Shown here piece after piece: positions 25,264 through 35,502 of a DNA stretch of 64,000 nucleotides (position 1 is its first letter; each line of letters begins with the position of its first letter). The notes below the pieces were generated by a model that saw only the letters and a list, made by a program, of their open reading frames with translations, did no database searches and had not been told where the DNA came from. This DNA is from Albugo candida (taxonomy: Eukaryota), in NCBI GenBank assembly GCA_040437565.1, contig JBDOQK010000035.1:310001-374000 (forward strand), given 5' to 3'. Position numbers and translations under genes: made by a program.

Positions 25264-28200
25264 ATGGCAAAAAACAACTCATCAGTCATACTTTGTTCAA
25301 ATGTCCTGCAAGCTATATTATCGGGCATTGTCATCACAATCGGTAAGCTCGCAATAGAATTATAATTCAAACAGAATTTGATTGTTTATATTAGTGATTT
25401 GCCCGTGTTTGCTTGGTTTCTCAACAATTATATTCAGTCATCACGATTTTGCGCCATTTCTCCCTCTTCTGATCAAATTGGTCTACGTGTCGAGCATTGT
25501 ACATCAACTTGTTATTACCATTCTATCCCCGGTACATTTTGCGATCGCACAAGTCCAAGATGCTGGTACCTACCGCCACGAATGCTCTACAGCATAATAA
25601 TTGACGTTGGTTATGCGTAGGGCTCATTTTTCTCTCTATTATGGCTACTTCAATCATGAACCAACTTGCAAGTGAGGACGTTCCAATGGAAAAACGCATT
25701 TCGACAGTTTTGATTCACCTCAGCCTGTCGTCTGCTTTTGTCGGAATCGGTTTGATCGCACTTGGACGTTTTCGTTTGGCTTCGTTTGTGCAGTACCTCC
25801 CCACACCAGTCATTGGAGGGTATCTGGCATACATCGGCTTCTTTTTGATCAAAGGAGGGCTCTCACTAATGACAAATGTACATGTCACGGGTCCGTCAAC
25901 ATGGCTGTCACTGTTGACATATCATAATGTGAGCCTGATGGGACCTGGAATTATCTATGGGATAGCATTATCGATTCTAACAAATCGATTTGGAAATGTC
26001 AGTGTGTTCCCTTGTTGCGTTATCAGTATGCCCATCGTATTTTTTGTACTCGTATACTTGAGCGGAAGCAGTCTTCAAGATGCTCGAGTACACGGATATT
26101 TGGCTCCAGATGAGAAGGGTGTCAGTCTCACTGAAATGTATCATCTTTTCGACTTCAAATCCATTCAGTGGCATGCAATGTTTCCAGCACAAATTCCAAC
26201 CATCTTAAGCATGTTTATTGTAATATCGTTTGCCTCGTCGCTAGACATCGCAGCGATATGCATGGGGACTGGAGTAAATCTGAATTATAATCAGCAGCTG
26301 CAAGTGGTGGGGTACTCCAACTTTTTTAGCGGTATCACAGGCGGTTATACTGGATCCTATATCTTTAGCCAAACATTGTTTGCTTCACGATTCCAACTTG
26401 GAGGTTCTCAGACTCCACTTACAAGAGTAATTGGGCTTACATTGATTATATGCGAGAGTTTTATCGTATCGATGCGGTTTTCGCTCATGTCGGTCATTCC
26501 AAAGTTCCTGTTTGGTTCCGTAATGATATATATCGGCATCGAGTTACTTCGCGCGTGGCTGGTTGATGTGTATACAAAGCTACTAGCATCAGAGTATTTT
26601 GTCGTGGTCTTCACATTTATCGGGTTGAATGTTTTTGGTGTGGAAATTGGGCTTACATCTGGAATAGCTGTGGCTGCCTTCTCTTTCATTCTCGAATACT
26701 CTCGTAATCAAGAAGTTCGGACAATCCAGAAATCAAGCAACGTGATACGTAGCATGCAGCAATACAATCTACTCCATGGAAGACATGAATCACCAAGTTC
26801 ATCTCAAGATCTCGCTCATCCCGCATTATCATCACGACCTATTGTAACAATTCAGCTTCAAGGACATATATTTTTTGGATCAGCTACAAAAATCCAANNN
26901 NNNNNNNNNNNNNNNNNNNNNNNNNNNNNNNNNNNNNNNNNNNNNNNNNNNNNNNNNNNNNNNNNNNNNNNNNNNNNNNNNNNNNNNNNNNNNNNNNCGG
27001 TCATTCCAAAGTTCCTGTTTGGTTCCGTAATGATATATATCGGCATCGAGTTACTTCGCGCGTGGCTGGTTGATGTGTATACAAAGCTACTAGCATCAGA
27101 GTATTTTGTCGTGGTCTTCACATTTATCGGGTTGAATGTTTTTGGTGTGGAAATTGGGCTTACATCTGGAATAGCTGTGGCTGCCTTCTCTTTCATTCTC
27201 GAATACTCTCGTAATCAAGAAGTTCGGACAATCCAGAAATCAAGCAACGTGATACGTAGCATGCAGCAATACAATCTACTCCATGGAAGACATGAATCAC
27301 CAAGTTCATCTCAAGATCTCGCTCATCCCGCATTATCATCACGACCTATTGTAACAATTCAGCTTCAAGGACATATATTTTTTGGATCAGCTACAAAAAT
27401 CCAATCGTGTGTCAAACGTTTGGTCTACGTGGAGCAGAGCAAGGGTAGTCATGAGACCGTGGATCCGGAGCAGCTTCCGCTGCTTCAATGTGATGCTAAG
27501 AATGAGACGGGGCCACTAGTTGACTTGAAAGGGAGCCCATGCATCGATATTGATCAAGAACGAACACAATTTGTCGTATTTGACTTCTCCGCTGTGACCG
27601 GAATGGATGCGACTGCTGCAAGATCCTGTTTTTTTGTGTTGAAATCTCTCTTCCACCGACATGATATCAGAGTTGTTTATTGCGGAATGAATGCAGAGAT
27701 TGAAGCTTTACTACGAGCAAATGATGTGATCTCATCCAACTGGTCCAAAGACACACCTTTTCATCCTGGTAACACATCAAAAGGACACGTTACAACAGAT
27801 TTAGATTCGGCTTTGGAATGGTGTGAAGAAAATATTATATTCAACAAAGCACCTGACTTTTACATTGCGAGCCATAAACGAAAGCTTTCGTTGTTCAGTA
27901 TTTTACAAGCGTATTTGCCTGCTGAAAAGCAGATATATTTGTCAAGAAATTTTGAGTCAGATCAACTTGAAGACATCTTTAAGGTACAAACTTGGGAGAA
28001 ATCCCAACAAATTTTTGGAATTGGCGATCATCCGATCGGATGGTATGTGTTATTACGCGGACAGATAAGTCTTTTTTCCAGATCCACGCTCACAAGGTCC
28101 AATTCTCCGCCATCTTTGGTCTCCAGACAATCCGGACGGTATACCAGCACTTCACAAACACGCTCAACCGTAGACCAGAGTTTGAGCAATTTACTTGATT

Positions 28201-28460
28201 CATCACATTCATGTGAATGGTTGCAATTATTCGGTCGCGTGCACGCCGGATGCGTCTTTGGAGACTTGGATTTCGTTCTGCAACAGCCACGTCAAACTGC
28301 TGCTGTTGTCACTTGTGACAATACGATCACGGCGCTTATAACTCGAGACAAACTGACCTTTCTTGAGACCAATCGAATCGAATTGGCATTCATTCTACAG
28401 CATATAATGATGCGGGCATCGTACATACCGATGGCTGATAAATTACATTCCAACGTTTAA
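25264..28460 (+). CDS. SulP/SLC26-family transporter with STAS and cyclic-nucleotide-binding domains, ~860 aa; exons 25264..25342, 25395..25565, 25621..28460 (overlap collapsed)
   Basis: QYLPTPVIGGYL and GGYTGSYIFSQT in the TM core; STAS (LQGHIFFGSA, FDFSAVTGMDATA); cNMP-like VFGDLDF...PRQTAA. Two in-frame introns. 26491-26897 is duplicated across the gap. Confidence 0.95.
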
Positions 28461-28465
28461 TTCTG

Positions 28466-28983
28466 TTACACTGTCTTAGCATCTGGACGCACACCTACCC
28501 AGAAATCCATCGATTCATGCCTTTCTTCCATCATATTTATTTCTTTGGCCGAAAGACGTGAATCAGAAAGGATGAAATTTGGCGGAATATGAAGCTTTTT
28601 TGTGCGTGCTAGCGCCTCTTCTGGATTGCATGTAATTGGAAGGCGGCAAAGTACCCAAACGCATCTTATCCTATACCCTCAATACCTAATGATAGAGTTG
28701 TCGATGAGTCTAGCTTGAGACATTTGAGAGGACGGAAGGGTGTCGTGAACCCAAAGCGTTATCTCAGCATCCTATTTTTTCCATACTTTTGGGCATTTGT
28801 GACGTATGTCGTGCCGTATCGCATGTATTTTCTGTCTTTTGTAGCTTTTTAAACGCTTTTTCAAGCCCACAATACTTGTGTCGACAGATAGGAAGGAAAG
28901 GTTGACATCAGTACAGTATGAATAACAAAAAGCCTGTATGCGAGATCAACTAATTGATGAGTTCCTTTGCGCCATTTTTCCAT
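28466..28983 (-). CDS. Possible small multi-exon hypothetical gene not in the ORF track
   Basis: Stop-free ~70-codon minus-strand frame ending LPITCNPEEALARTKKLHIPPNF...WVGVRPDAKTV* at 28466, plus an upstream basic frame (GLKKRLKSYKRQKIH...) ending at a GTATGG donor. Splicing not resolved. Confidence 0.3.
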
Positions 28984-29137
28984 GTTTTAATCTCTCTAAT
29001 CGAATTTCACAAGGCGTCGAACGTTTGTCTTAGTTCTCGTCAAAGTGCGCTCAAACTATAATCATTTTTACAATAGATTGAGCACTCGGCTGTGTGTCAT
29101 TCAATCGCACCAAAAGGCTGATCAAATCAAATATTCA

Positions 29138-30334
29138 ATGCAAAGAAAACTACGTAAAGCATGCTCACTGCCCTCTTGCTCACGTCAAGTCGGCCAATGT
29201 ATGCACTGCACTTGTGATGGAAGATGCGGACAACACGCACCTGGAATGTGTGGTGTTCGAAGAGAAGGAAACGGGAAATCCTGCAAGCATTTTGGATGCT
29301 CACGTGATGCCAATTGCTTACATAGTACTCGTGCCACATGCTGTCAATGCCGGAACTTGATTGCTACGAGATCACTGTCGGCTATGGAACGAAGTAAGAA
29401 GCGATTTAGATCGTCCACGAATCTTGAACTTGCGGCTGGGATCGAAACAAACAACAAGCTCAGAAAGATCCAAAATTGTAGGGTCCCCGATCAACCAGTT
29501 CTTTCTTTGGCAGAGGAAAGAGAACGATCAGACTCCTCGCTAAGTGAGAATGATATCAATGAGCTGCTGCTTCTACTAGGCGAAGAGAACCATTGCAAGC
29601 CAAGCGTGGTGAAATCCGGACTCGAAAACACTTCAGAAACACCATTTTCGTTATGGGAATGCAAACACTGGCAAGCAAGAAAAGATTCGTGTGATTTGAT
29701 TGTCATAGCGAGTAATGTAGAATTCTACGTTCACCAATTCCCAATTCTTGTGCAGAGCAAACGATTGCATGATTTGGCAACGTCAGTAGACACCAGGTCA
29801 AATAGAAACGAAAAGGAAGTCTCCATTCCGATTCTCAAACTGCCTCACGACTTTCCCGGCGATGTTGAGCTTTTCGAGCAGCTGTGTATTTATTGGTATT
29901 CGGGCACAACAAGTCATTCTTTGATATCAAAGAAACGATGCTGTTGTAATTTGAATCGTCTGCCAACTGTGATTGCGGCTATGGAGTACCTTCAAGTATC
30001 GACTGAAACACAAGCACATCTTCGCCAGTTATTCGTGCCCCTCCTAAAAGGCCAGACATTGGAGCCGCTCGTGTGCTTCATCAATCACGTTTACGAGCAG
30101 ATGGTTCTAGATCGGATAACACATCTTTATGGCAATCAGGAGACTCTAGCGTTGTGCATGCAAACACTGTTCATGCGTGTGCACTGTTTAGCATCCGATA
30201 AGATTCCAGTACTTTTGACACTACCAAATGAGATTTTCACACAAATCATGCCAAACGTACTGAGATCACATAGAGACATCGCAAATGGAGGAGAAAAGTT
30301 TTATGGAGAGTGTACTGCCAGTATTTCAGTTTGA
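29138..30334 (+). CDS. Protein with an N-terminal Cys/His-rich domain and an NPH3-type BTB/POZ-like domain, 398 aa
   Basis: 13 Cys in about 65 N-terminal residues. CDLIV...FYVHQFPILVQSKRL...LPHDFPGDVELFE.LCIYWYSG resembles NPH3/RPT2-like BTB domains. Confidence 0.8.
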   Translation: MQRKLRKACSLPSCSRQVGQCMHCTCDGRCGQHAPGMCGVRREGNGKSCKHFGCSRDANCLHSTRATCCQCRNLIATRSLSAMERSKKRFRSSTNLELAAGIETNNKLRKIQNCRVPDQPVLSLAEERERSDSSLSENDINELLLLLGEENHCKPSVVKSGLENTSETPFSLWECKHWQARKDSCDLIVIASNVEFYVHQFPILVQSKRLHDLATSVDTRSNRNEKEVSIPILKLPHDFPGDVELFEQLCIYWYSGTTSHSLISKKRCCCNLNRLPTVIAAMEYLQVSTETQAHLRQLFVPLLKGQTLEPLVCFINHVYEQMVLDRITHLYGNQETLALCMQTLFMRVHCLASDKIPVLLTLPNEIFTQIMPNVLRSHRDIANGGEKFYGECTASISV

Positions 30335-30348
30335 TAAAAAAGGATGCT

Positions 30349-31443
30349 TTAAATGATTTTGCTGATGATTTTCTCTTGATGGGGGAAGGCACTGTATAGC
30401 ATCAAGCTTATGCCTACCAAGAATGCTGCAACCCATGTCTCGAAAGAGAGCTCTTTTTCATACGCCACTGATTCAACGAGTGCAGTGCATATAATACCTC
30501 CGACAAGTGCGAATGACTTGAGCACACCACCTGCGTATTTTGTCACTACGCCGACAAGAAGACCTCCGACCGCGTTACACAGTACAGGGAGAAGCGTATA
30601 AATATTCCATCCCGTAAATGAGATAGATCCGTCTTCAATCGTGGCAGTTCGGACGTACGACGAGATCAACTTTTGGAATAAGACGAAACAAGTTCCATAA
30701 ATTGATAATTCCATGGTTACTAAGGCCGTATCGCGCGAATAAATTTGCATGGACCGCTGGGTCAATGCTGCTCCCAATCCCGACAGGATTGACGCAAATA
30801 TAAGTGGAATGACACCAAGTCGAAAAGAAGGCGAAGACGTTTGAATTACGCTGGACAGATCCGCATCCTTCGTCGGGAGTTCCTTCTCTTGCGATAATGA
30901 TAAGGCCGCAGCCGAAAGCAAAAGCATCGAAACTATCAGACAACAAACGAATTTGGTAAGATTAATGAGCTAGACAATACCAGGAGTCTATTACGTACAG
31001 CATTGCACACTAGAAAATCTCTTCCCAAGTAACATATAAACGAATAAAGCAGTCCATAGCAGCTTTGTTTGATTCAATAGGTTGAACAAGAGCGGTGGTA
31101 AATTCTGATACGAAATTAACACTAGGCTGTTCTGTATTGCATACGTGCAGGCCGGGATACCTGAATATCGCAAACTCTCGATAAATCGCCATGATTTCGC
31201 ATTACTACTAAATCTGCCGGAAGTTGCAAGAATTATACTCGCAATAAGGAATTTGCATATTTCGCAAGCTATCACCAAAGTGAATGGATGCTGTACGTTT
31301 GAAGCGAATGTTTTGTACAATAGCGGCTGAATACCAAACTGTACAGACAAAAGACCTAAGAAAATGTACCCCACAACCGCCCGCCGTGTTCCGCGACGAG
31401 GTGTTCCCATTGTTCGATCCGTTTTATTTGTGGGACCTTGCAT
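30349..31443 (-). CDS. SLC35A-type nucleotide-sugar transporter, 342 aa; complement(join(30349..30932,30999..31443))
   Basis: CEICK, IPACTYAIQN, LLNQTKLLWTALF and GGLLVGVVTKYAGGVLKSFA motifs. A 66-nt GT-AG intron keeps the frame. Confidence 0.93.
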
Positions 31444-31744
31444 TTGCTAATTTAGAGCATCACCCCCCCCCTCCCAATCATATCTCTATATTACTACAAA
31501 ACATGACCACTAGAATGTCTCTTTCCTGCTTGAGTTTATTGCAAANNNNNNNNNNNNNNNNNNNNNNNNNNNNNNNNNNNNNNNNNNNNNNNNNNNNNNN
31601 NNNNNNNNNNNNNNNNNNNNNNNNNNNNNNNNNNNNNNNNNNNNNCTAGAATGTCTCTTTCCTGCTTGAGTTTATTGCAAAAATAGTACAATCAACAGTA
31701 CCAATGCGCCCTGTTTTTTGCTTGAACACACTTCTGAATATAAA

Positions 31745-32620
31745 ATGACGATGAAATATGATCTGCCAGTGAGCAGCATCGTGACAATAGGAACTGAGTT
31801 TGGTGTGCTACATATGATATCTGGAATTGATCATTTTGGAGCACTGATAGTGTTTCTTTCGATGATCGATTGGAATGCGATTAAAACTGCTGCCTGTTGG
31901 GCTTTTGGTCATTCCGTTGGCGTAGCGACGATTGCGTGGCTACAAACATTCTTCAGCACATCACACTTAAGGTTTACTGAAAGTATCTGCAAGTTCTTAG
32001 CTGGTCTCGCGCTGTTATCGTTGGGCATTTTAGCAGCTATCTTCCATCGGACTCTACATCACTCAGACGACGGCGACGGTCATAGATTAGAAACTACGAT
32101 CCAAGAGCGAGAAGACGAAGAAGAAGAAGAAGAAGAAGTACATAAGGAAAGAAGCTTACTATTCTCGAGCAACAAGACGAAGGACATAGACGACAATGTG
32201 TCCAAACCCGCCACATTCTGTCGATCGTTTCGGATGAAAATGGCAAGGAAAGAGCGTGAATGGTGGCGTTCCATCTTGCTTAATCAAAAATTACAGATTA
32301 TCTATCGAGTTTTGATATGGAGCTACGGTCTCATACAAGGCTTGGCTGATTCAGTTGGATTATTGGGTACACTTCCATCCATGATACTAGCTGATCTTTA
32401 CTATTCGACGATTTACATTGCTGTCTTCTGTATAGCAGGAATACTGATGGCAATTGCTACAGCTATATTGTATGCGCATATGGTACTACGCGATAGAAAA
32501 CGTTATGAGAATCGTGAATGCCGAATTGAATGCATTGCGGCATTCCTTTGCACAATTATGGGACTTTTCTTCCTCTATAAATCGATATGCACCCTCTCGA
32601 CATATGATCCCGAAATATAA
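31745..32620 (+). CDS. UreH/HoxN(NiCoT)-like membrane protein (putative Ni/Co transporter), ~291 aa
   Basis: GVLHMISGIDHFGAL (H-x4-5-DH motif), WAFGHSVG and G..QGLA...GLLG.LP. About six hydrophobic helices around an acidic loop. Confidence 0.75.
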   Translation: MTMKYDLPVSSIVTIGTEFGVLHMISGIDHFGALIVFLSMIDWNAIKTAACWAFGHSVGVATIAWLQTFFSTSHLRFTESICKFLAGLALLSLGILAAIFHRTLHHSDDGDGHRLETTIQEREDEEEEEEEVHKERSLLFSSNKTKDIDDNVSKPATFCRSFRMKMARKEREWWRSILLNQKLQIIYRVLIWSYGLIQGLADSVGLLGTLPSMILADLYYSTIYIAVFCIAGILMAIATAILYAHMVLRDRKRYENRECRIECIAAFLCTIMGLFFLYKSICTLSTYDPEI

Positions 32621-32654
32621 CAGTGTTTGTACCAAATATGTTCCTATTCGTATC

Positions 32655-35018
32655 ATGAAGGAAGCTCAAGTTGTGAAAATGAATGCGTTGGACGAACATC
32701 GCGTGTCCAGAAGAAGCGTTGGGATTCAGCGCGTTGAATATAAAGAAGAAGAAAATGATACACCATCTTTCTACGAACAATGCATCTCACCAAAAACGCA
32801 CGCATACATCAAAACGGATAGACTGATGCATTCTTCTACTATAAATCCAGACTGCTACCATGTAAATGCCTTTGGCGATTCTAAGGCAGATAAGCCGCCG
32901 TCCAACACAAAAACTATTCTGAAAAAAACGTCATCGTTAACCACTTCTTCCCTCGACGATAATTCCAAGCGCAACAATGGAATGCAGCACTTACTTTCCC
33001 GTTTTGATCACTTTCAGAATTCTCCTGTTGAAGATTCTTATCAAATTTACACATCGATATGTCATTTTCCCATCGCACAACGTATTTTGGGTCTATTAGT
33101 AGTGGTACAGTTGGCTGTGCACTTTGGATCACGCGTTCGGATTGCTAATAGTTGCAGCAATCTGCCGATTACGTATGATAAAAACGGACACGCTACTGTC
33201 ATTATGTCTTCCCTTAGGCTTGAGGACCGCATTCAAGAATCAATGTGTCTCCAAGACCTCAATGCTCAGTCACAGGAGTTCGTCTATTCCGGATGGTTCT
33301 TTTCCCCTTTTGCACTCATATTTGCTCTTTTTCCCTTCAAAATGCTGAAAAATAATGCAAGATTCGGCATATTGGTGTATTGGACTCGACGGTACTGGAA
33401 GACAATAATTACTTTTATTTGTCTTATTTGGGTAGTCGGTTGTGAAGTTGGATTCTACTTCGCAGTGCAAAGCAGGCGAAAGTACGGGGAATATGATACT
33501 CGGCAACATTTAGCATTTGCTTCTCATATCGTTGTCCCGAAAGACTGGTACGAAGGAAGCAAGTGGGATCAAGTACATGGAGACCAAACCATGCGACTCC
33601 TGGACTGGATTGTACTTTTCGAGAGCCTTCTGTGGTTATCCATCGCAATGGCTTCACTTGCAGCGTTTTCAGCAACGGCAAGTGTGCTTATTCTTACTAT
33701 GAAATTAGGGTTTTCCCATGCTCTTTGCAGCTCAGTTTGTATTTCTATCACAACTTTGGCATTACTAGTATGCTTTGTAGGAGATGACTACCCTTTACTC
33801 AAGCCAAGTCATCTTATTACTAGTCAAGCAATTGCGTTTGTGTTGGGTATCTTGCTACCGCTCGTACTTGGTCTTATGGCTATACACTCAGAAGATCGGC
33901 TTTCAAGAATAGTTTATCTACTGAAAATTCGTGCCGATAGACTTAACATTGCACTCAAGCTGGACCTTTGTGTGAAACACGCGAATCTTGCGAATCGAGG
34001 AATTTTCAAAGCAGAACAAGAGATGTTGGATCATGAATTGACTAGCGGTCAAAAAAGGGACAGTTTATTAAACACTCTAGCGATTCCATTTCAGAATATT
34101 AAATTATTCGAGTTGGTGACAAGCAACAGACTCGTCGACATCTTACTCGCTGAGCACTGCGGTAAACCCGTCATATTCAAACGATTGTCGATTGCGACGT
34201 ATTCCTCGCAAACGTTTCGAGATTTCAAGGCGACAGTTGAAACACTTGCTTGTTTACGCCATCCCAACATTGTTTTATTTATTGGTGCTACATTTAACAA
34301 TTTGGCAAATGTCGGTTTGATTTTTGAGTATCTGGAGCAAGGCAATTTATATTCTCTGTTGCATAGCTCCATGTTGCTCACATGGAATGACCCCCTTTTG
34401 AAAATCGCCACCGATGTCGCACAAGGAATGTCGTATTTGCACAATTGTGATACACCACTGGTGCATCGAGATATAAAATCTTCGAATCTACTTTGTTCGA
34501 CCACGTATACATGCAAGATCTCTGATTTCGATGAATCGAAGCGTCAAAATCTGGGTGAATTACTCAGCACAGTGGTAGGAACAGCCTACTGGTTGGCACC
34601 CGAAGTCTTAAGAGAAGAAAAGTATGACGCAAAAGTGGATTGCTACAGTTTTGGGATTGTCATGATTGAACTGGAAACACGCAAAGATCCGTACTATGAA
34701 GTTATCGACTTGAGCCCAATAGAAATTATGATCAAAGTTGCAACTGGAGGACTTCGACCAGTTATTCCAGCAACGTGTTCTCCAATACGTCGACAATTGA
34801 TCGAACGGTGTTTGGATGATAATTCGGAACATCGACCAGCCATGACTGAAATTCTGTGTACCTTACAGCGTGATGTTCGAAATGAGATCCTACAAATGGA
34901 GCAAATTGGTCAAAATCATGAGAATCAACGGCGTATTTTACTACATCGACATCAGCGACTGAACCGCCGACGAATTGAGGATCTGTTGGATGATAGTGCA
35001 AAGCACATTAGTCGGTAA
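32655..35018 (+). CDS. Multi-pass (~6 TM) membrane protein fused to a TKL-family kinase domain, probably a pseudokinase, ~787 aa
   Basis: The ORF track labels this minus, but its translation reads from the plus strand (TTG CTA CAG at 32454; TAA at 35016-35018). LRHPNIV, VHRDIKSSN, GTAYWLAPE and DCYSFG are present. First ATG not overlapping the upstream gene is at 32655. Confidence 0.9.
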   Translation: MKEAQVVKMNALDEHRVSRRSVGIQRVEYKEEENDTPSFYEQCISPKTHAYIKTDRLMHSSTINPDCYHVNAFGDSKADKPPSNTKTILKKTSSLTTSSLDDNSKRNNGMQHLLSRFDHFQNSPVEDSYQIYTSICHFPIAQRILGLLVVVQLAVHFGSRVRIANSCSNLPITYDKNGHATVIMSSLRLEDRIQESMCLQDLNAQSQEFVYSGWFFSPFALIFALFPFKMLKNNARFGILVYWTRRYWKTIITFICLIWVVGCEVGFYFAVQSRRKYGEYDTRQHLAFASHIVVPKDWYEGSKWDQVHGDQTMRLLDWIVLFESLLWLSIAMASLAAFSATASVLILTMKLGFSHALCSSVCISITTLALLVCFVGDDYPLLKPSHLITSQAIAFVLGILLPLVLGLMAIHSEDRLSRIVYLLKIRADRLNIALKLDLCVKHANLANRGIFKAEQEMLDHELTSGQKRDSLLNTLAIPFQNIKLFELVTSNRLVDILLAEHCGKPVIFKRLSIATYSSQTFRDFKATVETLACLRHPNIVLFIGATFNNLANVGLIFEYLEQGNLYSLLHSSMLLTWNDPLLKIATDVAQGMSYLHNCDTPLVHRDIKSSNLLCSTTYTCKISDFDESKRQNLGELLSTVVGTAYWLAPEVLREEKYDAKVDCYSFGIVMIELETRKDPYYEVIDLSPIEIMIKVATGGLRPVIPATCSPIRRQLIERCLDDNSEHRPAMTEILCTLQRDVRNEILQMEQIGQNHENQRRILLHRHQRLNRRRIEDLLDDSAKHISR

Positions 35019-35502
35019 AAGTATTGGCTTGTGGCAGCCGAGTCTGGTATTACTATTGCGGACGTAAAAGTTCCGGGAGCAAGCAAGGTCGGGAGACGCT
35101 GCACATGTTTGATATACAATGAAATTTTTTGAATCAGCGATTTCCTTCTAGGAAAATTACACGGCTGGTGCTTACAAGTACGACATCACATCAGCGAAAT
35201 GGTGATGGTACAAAGATGTCGTGATATCCTGAAGCATTGCAGAAGCTATAAAGCTTATGCGGGGCAATATAGCACCTTCGGTTTTTTGACGCGGTGTCTG
35301 AGTCCTTGCAGTGTGTTATAGGCAATGAAATGATGCGCTTGCTACCAAAATTATGGAAATGTTTAGTCGTTCGAATCAGCATCTCGTTTTCTGCACACTG
35401 ACATATTTTGTTGCGCTGAGTTGGAAGTGGTCGTAACGTTTCATGTATAAGCTTCATTCAAATTTGCATCTGCGCTTTTCTACTTCCAACATTGGTCACA
35501 AA

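Noticed and set aside
26491-27404. Internal domain duplication in SulP
   Set aside because: Exact overlap across a gap; the 507-nt offset keeps the frame by chance.
17404-32620. Functional transporter or metal-homeostasis gene cluster (NRAMP, SulP, SLC35, NiCoT-like)
   Set aside because: The genes are unrelated, interspersed with other functions and on mixed strands; there is no evidence of co-regulation.
32454-35018. Minus-strand label for the 854-aa ORF in the supplied track
   Set aside because: The listed protein translates from the plus strand, so the feature is reported as +.
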